From: Nemertoderma westbladi
Taxonomy: Eukaryota > Animalia > Xenacoelomorpha
Direction of reading: 5' to 3'
DNA: 64,000 nt
Assembly (NCBI GenBank): GCA_032718475.1
Contig: JAUCBJ010002610.1
Span: 1-64,000, forward strand
The position numbers were made by a program, and so were the translations under genes. Position 1 is the stretch's first letter; each line of letters opens with the position of its first letter. The notes beneath the pieces are model-generated. The model was not told where the DNA came from and made no database searches. It worked only from the letters and a program-made list of their open reading frames with translations. Shown piece by piece: positions 37,401 through 49,400 of this stretch.

Positions 37401-40400
37401 TAGTAACTCACCCTCCTATCTCTCTAGGAACCCAAATCAGTTGTAGTAACTCACCCTCATATCTCTCTAGGAACCCAAATCAGTTAGTTACTCACCCTCC
37501 TATCTCTCTAGGAACCCAAATAAGTTAGTAACTCACCCTCCTATCTCTCTAGGAACCCAAATCAGTTGTAGTAACTCACCCTCATATCTCTCTAGGAACC
37601 CAAATAAGTTAGTAACTCACCCTCCTATCCCTCTAGGAACCCAAACCAGTTATAGTAACTCACCCTCCTATCTCTCTAGGAACCCAAATCAGTTAGTAAC
37701 TCACCCTATTATCTCTCTAGGAACCCAAATAAGTTAGTAACTCACCCTCCTATCTCTCTAGGAACCCAAATCAGTTGTAGTAACTCACCCTCATATCTCT
37801 CTAGGAACCCAAATCAGTTACTAACTCACCCTCCTATCCCTCTAGGAACCCAAATCAGTTACTAACTCACCCTCCTATCCCTCTAGGAACCCAAATAAGT
37901 TAGTAACTCACCCTCATATCTCTCTAGGAACCCAAATAAGTTAGTAACTCACCCTCCTATCTCTCTAGGAACCCAAATCAGTTACTAACTCACCCTCCTA
38001 TCCCTCTAGGAACCCAAATCAGTTACTAACTCACCCTCCTATCCCTCTAGGAACCCAAATCAGTTAGTAACTCACCCTCCTATCCCTCTAGGAACCCAAA
38101 TCAGTTAGTAACTCACCCTCCTATCCCTCTAAGCACCCAAATCAGTTAGTAACTCACCCTCATATCTCTCTAGGAACCCAAATCAGTTGTAGTAACTCAC
38201 CCTCATATCTCTCTAGGAACCCAAATAAGTTAGTAACTCACCCTCCTATCTCTCTAGGAACCCAAATAAGTTAGTAACTCACCCTCCTATCTCTCTAGGA
38301 ACCCAAATCAGTTGTAGTAACTCACCCTCATATCTCTCTAGGAACCCAAATAAGTTAGTAACTCACCCTCCTATCTCTCTAGGAACCCAAATCAGTTACT
38401 AACTCACCCTCCTATCCCTCTAGGAACCCAAATCAGTTAGTAACTCACCCTCATATCTCTCTAGGAACCCAAATCAGTTGTAGTAACTCACCCTCATATC
38501 TCTCTAGGAACCCAAATAAGTTAGTAACTCACCCTCCTATCTCTCTAGGAACCCAAATCAGTTACTAACTCACCCTCCTATCCCTCTAGGAACCCAAATC
38601 AGTTAGTAACTCACCCTCCTATCCCTCTAGGAACCCAAATCAGTTAGTAACTCACCCTCCTATCCCTCTAAGCACCCAAATCAGTTAGTAACTCACCCTC
38701 ATATCTCTCTAGGAACCCAAATCAGTTGTAGTAACTCACCCTCATATCTCTCTAGGAACCCAAATAAGTTAGTAACTCACCCTCCTATCTCTCTAGGAAC
38801 CCAAATAAGTTAGTAACTCACCCTCCTATCCCTCTAAGCACCCAAATCAGTTAGTAACTCACCCTCATATCTCTCTAGGAACCCAAATCAGTTGTAGTAA
38901 CTCACCCTCATATCTCTCTAGGAACCCAAATAAGTTAGTAACTCACCCTCCTATCTCTCTAGGAACCCAAATAAGTTAGTAACTCACCCTCATATCTCTC
39001 TAGGAACCCAAATCAGTTGTAGTAACTCACCCTCATATCTCTCTAGGAACCCAAATAAGTTAGTAACTCACCCTCCTATCTCTCTAGGAACCCAAATAAG
39101 TTAGTAACTCACCCTCCTATCTCTCTAGGAACCCAAATAAGTTAGTAACTCACCCTCCTATCTCTCTAGGAACCCAAATCAGTTAGTAATTCAACCTCCT
39201 ATCTCTCTAGGAACCCAAATCAGTTAGTAACTCACCCTCCTATCCCTCTAGGAACCCAAATCAGTTAGTAACTCACCCTCATATCTCTTTAGGAACCCAA
39301 ATCAGTTAGTAACTCACCTTCATATCTCTCTAGGAACCCAAATCAGTTAGTTACTCACCCTATCTCTCTAGAACCCAAATAAGTTAGTAACTCACCCTCA
39401 TATCTCTCTAGGGACCCAAATAAGTTAGTAACTCACCCTCATATCTCTCTAGGAACCCAAATCAGTTAGTTACTCACCCTCCTATCTCTCTAGGAACCCA
39501 ACTAAGTTAGTAACTCACCCTCATATCTCTCTAGGAACCCAAATAAGTTAGTAACTCGCCCTCATATCTCTCTAGTAACCCAAATAAGTTAGTAACTCAC
39601 CCTCCTATCTCTCTAGGAACCCAAATCAGTTAGTTACTCACCCTCCTATCCCTCTAGGAACCCAAATCAGTTAGTAACTCACCCTCCTATCTCTCTAGGA
39701 ACCCAACTAAGTTAGTAACTCACCCTCATATCTCTCTAGGAACCCAAATCAGTTAGTTACTCACCCTCCTATCTCTCTAGGAACCCAAATAAGTTAGTAA
39801 CTCACCCTCATATCTCTCTAGGAACCCAAATCAGTTAGTTACTCACCCTCCTATCTCTCTAGGAACCCAAATAAGTTAGTAACTCACCCTCATATCTCTC
39901 TAGGAACCCAAATCAGTTAGTTACTCACCCTCCTATCTCTCTAGGAACCCAAATAAGTTAGTAACTCACCCTCCTATCTCTCTAGGAACCCAAATCAGTT
40001 AGTAACTCACCCTCGTATCTCTCTAGGAACCCAAATCAGTTAGTTACTCACCCTCCTATCTCTCTAGGAACCCAAATAAGTTAGTAACTCACCCTCATAT
40101 CTCTCTAGGAACCCAAATCAGTTAGTTACTCACCCTCCTATCTCTCTAGGAACCCAAATAAGTTAGTAACTCACCCTCATATCTCTCTAGGAACCCAAAT
40201 CAGTTAGTAACTCACCTTCATATCTCTCTAGGAACCCAAATAAGTTAGTAACTCACCCTCATATCTCTCTAGGAACCCAAATCAGTTAGTTACTCACCCT
40301 CCTATCTCTCTAGGAACCCAAATAAGTTAGTAACTCACCCTCATATCTCTCTAGGAACCCAAATCAGTTAGTTACTCACCCTCCTATCTCTCTAGGAACC

Positions 40401-43400
40401 CAAATAAGTTAGTAACTCACCCTCCTATCTCTCTAGGAACCCAAATAAGTTAGTAACTCACCCTCATATCTCTCTAGGAACCCAAATCAGTTAGTTACTC
40501 ACCCTCCTATCTCTCTAGGAACCCAAATAAGTTAGTAACTCACCCTCATATCTCTCTAGGAACCCAAATCAGTTAGTTACTCACCCTCCTATCTCTCTAG
40601 GAACCCAAATAAGTTAGTAACTCACCCTCATAGCTCTCTAGGAACCCAAATCAGTTAGTTACTCACCCTCCTATCTCTCTAGGAACCCAAATAAGTTAGT
40701 AACTCACCCTCATATCTCTCTAGGAACCCAAATCAGTTAGTTACTCACCCTCCTATCTCTCTAGGAACCCAAATAAGTTAGTAACTCACCCTCCTATCTC
40801 TCTAGGAACCCAAATAAGTTAGTAACTCACCCTCATATCTCTCTAGGAACCCAAATCAGTTAGTTACTCACCCTCCTATCTCTCTAGGAACCCAAATAAG
40901 TTAGTAACTCACCCTCATATCTCTCTAGGAACCCAAATCAGTTAGTTACTCACCCTCCTATCTCTCTAGGAACCCAAATAAGTTAGTAACTCACCCTCAT
41001 ATCTCTCTAGGAACCCAAATCAGTTAGTTACTCACCCTCCTATCTCTCTAGGAACCCAAATAAGTTAGTAACTCACCCTCATATCTCTCTAGGAACCCAA
41101 ATCAGTTAGTTACTCACCCTCCTATCTCTCTAGGAACCCAAATAAGTTAGTAACTCACCCTCATATCTCTCTAGGAATCCAAATAAGTTAGTAACTCACC
41201 CTCATATCTCTCTAGGAACCCAAATCAGTTAGTTACTCACCCTCCTATCTCTCTAGGAACCCAAATAAGTTAGTAACTCACCCTCATATCTCTCTAGTAA
41301 CCCAAATCAGTTAGTAACTCACCCTCGTATCTCTCTAGGAACCCAAATCAGTTAGTTACTCACCCTCCTATCTCTCTAGGAACCCAAATAAGTTAGTAAC
41401 TCACCCTCATATCTCTCTAGGAACCCAAATCAGTTAGTTACTCACCCTCATATCTCTCTAGGAACCCAAATCAGTTAGTTACTCACCCTCCTATCTCTCT
41501 AGGAACCCAAATAAGTTAGTAACTCACCCTCATATCTCTCTAGGAACCCAAATCAGTTAGTTACTCACCCTCCTATCTCTCTAGGAACCCAAATAAGTTA
41601 GTAACTCACCCTCATATCTCTCTAGGAATCCAAATAAGTTAGTAACTCACCCTCATATCTCTCTAGGAACCCAAATCAGTTAGTTACTCACCCTCCTATC
41701 TCTCTAGGAACCCAAATAAGTTAGTAACTCACCCTCATATCTCTCTAGGAACCCAAATCAGTTAGTTACTCACCCTCCTATCTCTCTAGGAACCCAAATA
41801 AGTTAGTAACTCACCCTCATATCTCTCTAGGAATCCAAATAAGTTAGTAACTCACCCTCATATCTCTCTAGGAACCCAAATCAGTTAGTTACTCACCCTC
41901 CTATCTCTCTAGGAACCCAAATAAGTTAGTAACTCACCCTCATATCTCTCTAGGAATCCAAATAAGTTAGTAACTCACCCTCATATCTCTCTAGGAACCC
42001 AAATCAGTTAGTAACTCACCCTCATATCTCTCTAGGAACCCAAATAAGTTAGTAACTCACCCTCCTATCTCTCTAGGAACCCAAATAAGTTAGTAACTCA
42101 CCCTCATATCTCTCTAGGAACCCAAATAAGTTAGTAACTCACCCTCATATCTCTCTAGGAACCCAAATAAGTTAGTAACTCACCCTCGTATCTCTCTAGG
42201 AACCCAAATCAGTTAGTTACTCACCCTCCTATCTCTCTAGGAACCCAAATAAGTTAGTAACTCACCCTCATATCTCTCTAGGAACCCAAATCAGTTAGTT
42301 ACTCACCCTCCTATCTCTCTAGGAACCCAAATAAGTTAGTAACTCACCCTCCTATCTCTCTAGGAACCCAAATAAGTTAGTAACTCACCCTCATATCTCT
42401 CTAGGAACCCAAATAAGTTAGTAACTCACCCTCATATCTCTCTAGGAACCCAAATAAGTTAGTAACTCACCCTCGTATCTCTCTAGGAACCCAAATCAGT
42501 TAGTTACTCACCCTCCTATCTCTCTAGGAACCCAAATAAGTTAGTAACTCACCCTCATATCTCTCTAGGAACCCAAATCAGTTAGTTACTCACCCTCCTA
42601 TCTCTCTAGGAACCCAAATAAGTTAGTAACTCACCCTCATATCTCTCTAGGAATCCAAATAAGTTAGTAACTCACCCTCATATCTCTCTAGGAACCCAAA
42701 TCAGTTAGTTACTCACCCTCCTATCTCTCTAGGAACCCAAATAAGTTAGTAACTCACCCTCCTATCTCTCTAGGAACCCAAATCAGTTAGTAACTCACCC
42801 TCCTATCTCTCTAGGAACCCAAATAAGTTAGTAACTCACCCTCATATCTCTCTAGGAACCCAAATCAGTTAGTTACTCACCCTCCTATCTCTCTAGGAAC
42901 CCAAATAAGTTAGTAACTCACCCTCATATCTCTCTAGGAACCCAAATCAGTTAGTTACTCACCCTCCTATCTCTCTAGGAACCCAAATAAGTTAGTAACT
43001 CACCCTCCTATCCCTCTAGGAACCCAAATAAGTTAGTAACTCACCCTGTTATCTCTCTAAACCCAAATCAGTTAGTTACTCACCCTCCTATCTCTCTAGG
43101 AACCCAAATAAGTTAGTAACTCACCCTCATATCTCTCTAGTAACCCAAATCAGTTAGTTACTCACCCTCCTATCTCTCTAGGAACCCAAATCAGTTAGTA
43201 ACTCACCCTATTATCTCTCTAGGAACCCAAATCAGTTAGTAACTCACCCTATTATCTCTCTAGGAACCCATATCAGTTAGTAACTCACCCTCATATCTCT
43301 CTAGTAACCCAAATCAGTTAGTTACTCACCCTCCTATCTCTCTAGGAACCCAAATCAGTTAGTTACTCACCCTCCTATCTCTCTAGGAACCCAAATCAGT

Positions 43401-46400
43401 TAGTAACTCTCCCTCATATCTCTCTATAGGAACCCAAACCAGTTAGTAACTCATCCTCATATCTCTCTATAGGAACCCAAACCAGTTAGTAACTCACCCT
43501 CATATCTCTCTAGGAACCCAAATAAGTTAGTAACTCACCCTCCTATCTCTCTAGGAACCCAAATAAGTTAGTAACTCACCCTCCTATCCCTCTAAGCACC
43601 CAAATCAGTTAGTAACTCACCCTCATATCTCTCTAGGAACCCAAATCAGTTGTAGTAACTCACCCTCATATCTCTCTAGGAACCCAAATAAGTTAGTAAC
43701 TCACCCTCCTATCTCTCTAGGAACCCAAATAAGTTAGTAACTCACCCTCATATCTCTCTAGGAACCCAAATCAGTTGTAGTAACTCACCCTCATATCTCT
43801 CTAGGAACCCAAATAAGTTAGTAACTCACCCTCCTATCTCTCTAGGAACCCAAATAAGTTAGTAACTCACCCTCCTATCTCTCTAGGAACCCAAATAAGT
43901 TAGTAACTCACCCTCCTATCTCTCTAGGAACCCAAATCAGTTAGTAATTCAACCTCCTATCTCTCTAGGAACCCAAATCAGTTAGTAACTCACCCTCCTA
44001 TCCCTCTAGGAACCCAAATCAGTTAGTAACTCACCCTCATATCTCTTTAGGAACCCAAATCAGTTAGTAACTCACCTTCATATCTCTCTAGGAACCCAAA
44101 TCAGTTAGTTACTCACCCTATCTCTCTAGAACCCAAATAAGTTAGTAACTCACCCTCATATCTCTCTAGGGACCCAAATAAGTTAGTAACTCACCCTCAT
44201 ATCTCTCTAGGAACCCAAATCAGTTAGTTACTCACCCTCCTATCTCTCTAGGAACCCAACTAAGTTAGTAACTCACCCTCATATCTCTCTAGGAACCCAA
44301 ATAAGTTAGTAACTCGCCCTCATATCTCTCTAGTAACCCAAATAAGTTAGTAACTCACCCTCCTATCTCTCTAGGAACCCAAATCAGTTAGTTACTCACC
44401 CTCCTATCCCTCTAGGAACCCAAATCAGTTAGTAACTCACCCTCCTATCTCTCTAGGAACCCAACTAAGTTAGTAACTCACCCTCATATCTCTCTAGGAA
44501 CCCAAATCAGTTAGTTACTCACCCTCCTATCTCTCTAGGAACCCAAATAAGTTAGTAACTCACCCTCATATCTCTCTAGGAACCCAAATCAGTTAGTTAC
44601 TCACCCTCCTATCTCTCTAGGAACCCAAATAAGTTAGTAACTCACCCTCATATCTCTCTAGGAACCCAAATCAGTTAGTTACTCACCCTCCTATCTCTCT
44701 AGGAACCCAAATAAGTTAGTAACTCACCCTCCTATCTCTCTAGGAACCCAAATCAGTTAGTAACTCACCCTCGTATCTCTCTAGGAACCCAAATCAGTTA
44801 GTTACTCACCCTCCTATCTCTCTAGGAACCCAAATAAGTTAGTAACTCACCCTCATATCTCTCTAGGAACCCAAATCAGTTAGTTACTCACCCTCCTATC
44901 TCTCTAGGAACCCAAATAAGTTAGTAACTCACCCTCATATCTCTCTAGGAACCCAAATCAGTTAGTAACTCACCTTCATATCTCTCTAGGAACCCAAATA
45001 AGTTAGTAACTCACCCTCATATCTCTCTAGGAACCCAAATCAGTTAGTTACTCACCCTCCTATCTCTCTAGGAACCCAAATAAGTTAGTAACTCACCCTC
45101 ATATCTCTCTAGGAACCCAAATCAGTTAGTTACTCACCCTCCTATCTCTCTAGGAACCCAAATAAGTTAGTAACTCACCCTCCTATCTCTCTAGGAACCC
45201 AAATAAGTTAGTAACTCACCCTCATATCTCTCTAGGAACCCAAATCAGTTAGTTACTCACCCTCCTATCTCTCTAGGAACCCAAATAAGTTAGTAACTCA
45301 CCCTCATATCTCTCTAGGAACCCAAATCAGTTAGTTACTCACCCTCCTATCTCTCTAGGAACCCAAATAAGTTAGTAACTCACCCTCATAGCTCTCTAGG
45401 AACCCAAATCAGTTAGTTACTCACCCTCCTATCTCTCTAGGAACCCAAATAAGTTAGTAACTCACCCTCATATCTCTCTAGGAACCCAAATCAGTTAGTT
45501 ACTCACCCTCCTATCTCTCTAGGAACCCAAATAAGTTAGTAACTCACCCTCCTATCTCTCTAGGAACCCAAATAAGTTAGTAACTCACCCTCATATCTCT
45601 CTAGGAACCCAAATCAGTTAGTTACTCACCCTCCTATCTCTCTAGGAACCCAAATAAGTTAGTAACTCACCCTCATATCTCTCTAGGAACCCAAATCAGT
45701 TAGTTACTCACCCTCCTATCTCTCTAGGAACCCAAATAAGTTAGTAACTCACCCTCATATCTCTCTAGGAACCCAAATCAGTTAGTTACTCACCCTCCTA
45801 TCTCTCTAGGAACCCAAATAAGTTAGTAACTCACCCTCATATCTCTCTAGGAACCCAAATCAGTTAGTTACTCACCCTCCTATCTCTCTAGGAACCCAAA
45901 TAAGTTAGTAACTCACCCTCATATCTCTCTAGGAATCCAAATAAGTTAGTAACTCACCCTCATATCTCTCTAGGAACCCAAATCAGTTAGTTACTCACCC
46001 TCCTATCTCTCTAGGAACCCAAATAAGTTAGTAACTCACCCTCATATCTCTCTAGTAACCCAAATCAGTTAGTAACTCACCCTCGTATCTCTCTAGGAAC
46101 CCAAATCAGTTAGTTACTCACCCTCCTATCTCTCTAGGAACCCAAATAAGTTAGTAACTCACCCTCATATCTCTCTAGGAACCCAAATCAGTTAGTTACT
46201 CACCCTCATATCTCTCTAGGAACCCAAATCAGTTAGTTACTCACCCTCCTATCTCTCTAGGAACCCAAATAAGTTAGTAACTCACCCTCATATCTCTCTA
46301 GGAACCCAAATCAGTTAGTTACTCACCCTCCTATCTCTCTAGGAACCCAAATAAGTTAGTAACTCACCCTCATATCTCTCTAGGAATCCAAATAAGTTAG

Positions 46401-49400
46401 TAACTCACCCTCATATCTCTCTAGGAACCCAAATCAGTTAGTTACTCACCCTCCTATCTCTCTAGGAACCCAAATAAGTTAGTAACTCACCCTCATATCT
46501 CTCTAGGAACCCAAATCAGTTAGTTACTCACCCTCCTATCTCTCTAGGAACCCAAATAAGTTAGTAACTCACCCTCATATCTCTCTAGGAATCCAAATAA
46601 GTTAGTAACTCACCCTCATATCTCTCTAGGAACCCAAATCAGTTAGTTACTCACCCTCCTATCTCTCTAGGAACCCAAATAAGTTAGTAACTCACCCTCA
46701 TATCTCTCTAGGAATCCAAATAAGTTAGTAACTCACCCTCATATCTCTCTAGGAACCCAAATCAGTTAGTAACTCACCCTCATATCTCTCTAGGAACCCA
46801 AATAAGTTAGTAACTCACCCTCCTATCTCTCTAGGAACCCAAATAAGTTAGTAACTCACCCTCATATCTCTCTAGGAACCCAAATAAGTTAGTAACTCAC
46901 CCTCATATCTCTCTAGGAACCCAAATAAGTTAGTAACTCACCCTCGTATCTCTCTAGGAACCCAAATCAGTTAGTTACTCACCCTCCTATCTCTCTAGGA
47001 ACCCAAATAAGTTAGTAACTCACCCTCATATCTCTCTAGGAACCCAAATCAGTTAGTTACTCACCCTCCTATCTCTCTAGGAACCCAAATAAGTTAGTAA
47101 CTCACCCTCCTATCTCTCTAGGAACCCAAATAAGTTAGTAACTCACCCTCATATCTCTCTAGGAACCCAAATAAGTTAGTAACTCACCCTCATATCTCTC
47201 TAGGAACCCAAATAAGTTAGTAACTCACCCTCGTATCTCTCTAGGAACCCAAATCAGTTAGTTACTCACCCTCCTATCTCTCTAGGAACCCAAATAAGTT
47301 AGTAACTCACCCTCATATCTCTCTAGGAACCCAAATCAGTTAGTTACTCACCCTCCTATCTCTCTAGGAACCCAAATAAGTTAGTAACTCACCCTCATAT
47401 CTCTCTAGGAATCCAAATAAGTTAGTAACTCACCCTCATATCTCTCTAGGAACCCAAATCAGTTAGTTACTCACCCTCCTATCTCTCTAGGAACCCAAAT
47501 AAGTTAGTAACTCACCCTCCTATCTCTCTAGGAACCCAAATCAGTTAGTAACTCACCCTCCTATCTCTCTAGGAACCCAAATAAGTTAGTAACTCACCCT
47601 CATATCTCTCTAGGAACCCAAATCAGTTAGTTACTCACCCTCCTATCTCTCTAGGAACCCAAATAAGTTAGTAACTCACCCTCATATCTCTCTAGGAACC
47701 CAAATCAGTTAGTTACTCACCCTCCTATCTCTCTAGGAACCCAAATAAGTTAGTAACTCACCCTCCTATCCCTCTAGGAACCCAAATAAGTTAGTAACTC
47801 ACCCTGTTATCTCTCTAAACCCAAATCAGTTAGTTACTCACCCTCCTATCTCTCTAGGAACCCAAATAAGTTAGTAACTCACCCTCATATCTCTCTAGTA
47901 ACCCAAATCAGTTAGTTACTCACCCTCCTATCTCTCTAGGAACCCAAATCAGTTAGTAACTCACCCTATTATCTCTCTAGGAACCCAAATCAGTTAGTAA
48001 CTCACCCTATTATCTCTCTAGGAACCCATATCAGTTAGTAACTCACCCTCATATCTCTCTAGTAACCCAAATCAGTTAGTTACTCACCCTCCTATCTCTC
48101 TAGGAACCCAAATAAGTTAGTAACTCACCCTCATATCTCTCTAGTAACCCAAATCAGTTAGTTACTCACCCTCCTATCTCTCTAGGAACCCAAATCAGTT
48201 AGTAACTCTCCCTCATATCTCTCTATAGGAACCCAAATCAGTTAGTAACTCACCCTATTATCTCTCTAGGAACCCATATCAGTTAGTAACTCACCCTCAT
48301 ATCTCTCTAGTAACCCAAATCAGTTAGTAACTCACCCTCGTATCTCTCTAGGAACCCAAATCAGTTAGTAACTCACCCTATTATCTCTCTAGGAACCCAT
48401 ATCAGTTAGTAACTCACCTTCATATCTCTCTAGGAACCCAAATCAGTTAGTAACTCACCCTATTATCTCTCTAGGAACCCATATCAGTTAGTAACTCACC
48501 CTCATATCTCTCTAGTAACCCAAATCAGTTAGTTACTCACCCTCCTATCTCTCTAGGAACCCAAATAAGTTAGTAACTCACCCTCCTATCTCTCTAGGAA
48601 CCCAAATCAGTTAGTAACTCTCCCTCATATCTCTCTATAGGAACCCAAACCAGTTAGTAACTCACCCTCCTATCTCTCTAGGAACCCAAATCAGTTAGTT
48701 ACTCACCCTCCTATCTCTCTAGGAACCCAAATAAGTTAGTAACTCACCCTCATATCTCTCTAGTAACCCAAATCAGTTAGTTACTCACCCTCCTATCTCT
48801 CTAGTAACCCAAATCAGTTAGTTACTCACCCTCATATCTCTCTAGTAACCCAAATCAGTTAGTTACTCACCCTCCTATCTCTCTAGGAACCCAAATAAGT
48901 TAGTAACTCACCCTCATATCTCTCTAGTAACCCAAATCAGTTAGTTACTCACCCTCCTATCTCTCTAGGAACCCAAATCAGTTAGTAACTCTCCCTCATA
49001 TCTCTCTATAGGAACCCAAACCAGTTAGTAACTCACCCTCGTATCTCTCTAGGAACCCAAATCAGTTAGTAACTCACCCTATTATCTCTCTAGGAACCCA
49101 AATCAGTTAGTTACTCACCCTCCTATCTCTCTAGGAACCCAAATAAGTTAGTAACTCACCCTCATATCTCTCTAGTAACCCAAATCAGTTAGTTACTCAC
49201 CCTCCTATCTCTCTAGGAACCCAAATCAGTTAGTAACTCTCCCTCATATCTCTCTATAGGAACCCAAACCAGTTAGTAACTCACCCTCGTATCTCTCTAG
49301 GAACCCAACTAAGTTAGTAACTCACCCTCATATCTCTCTAGGAACCCAAATCAGTTACTAACTCACCCTCATATCTCTCTAGGAACCCAAATCAGTTAGT

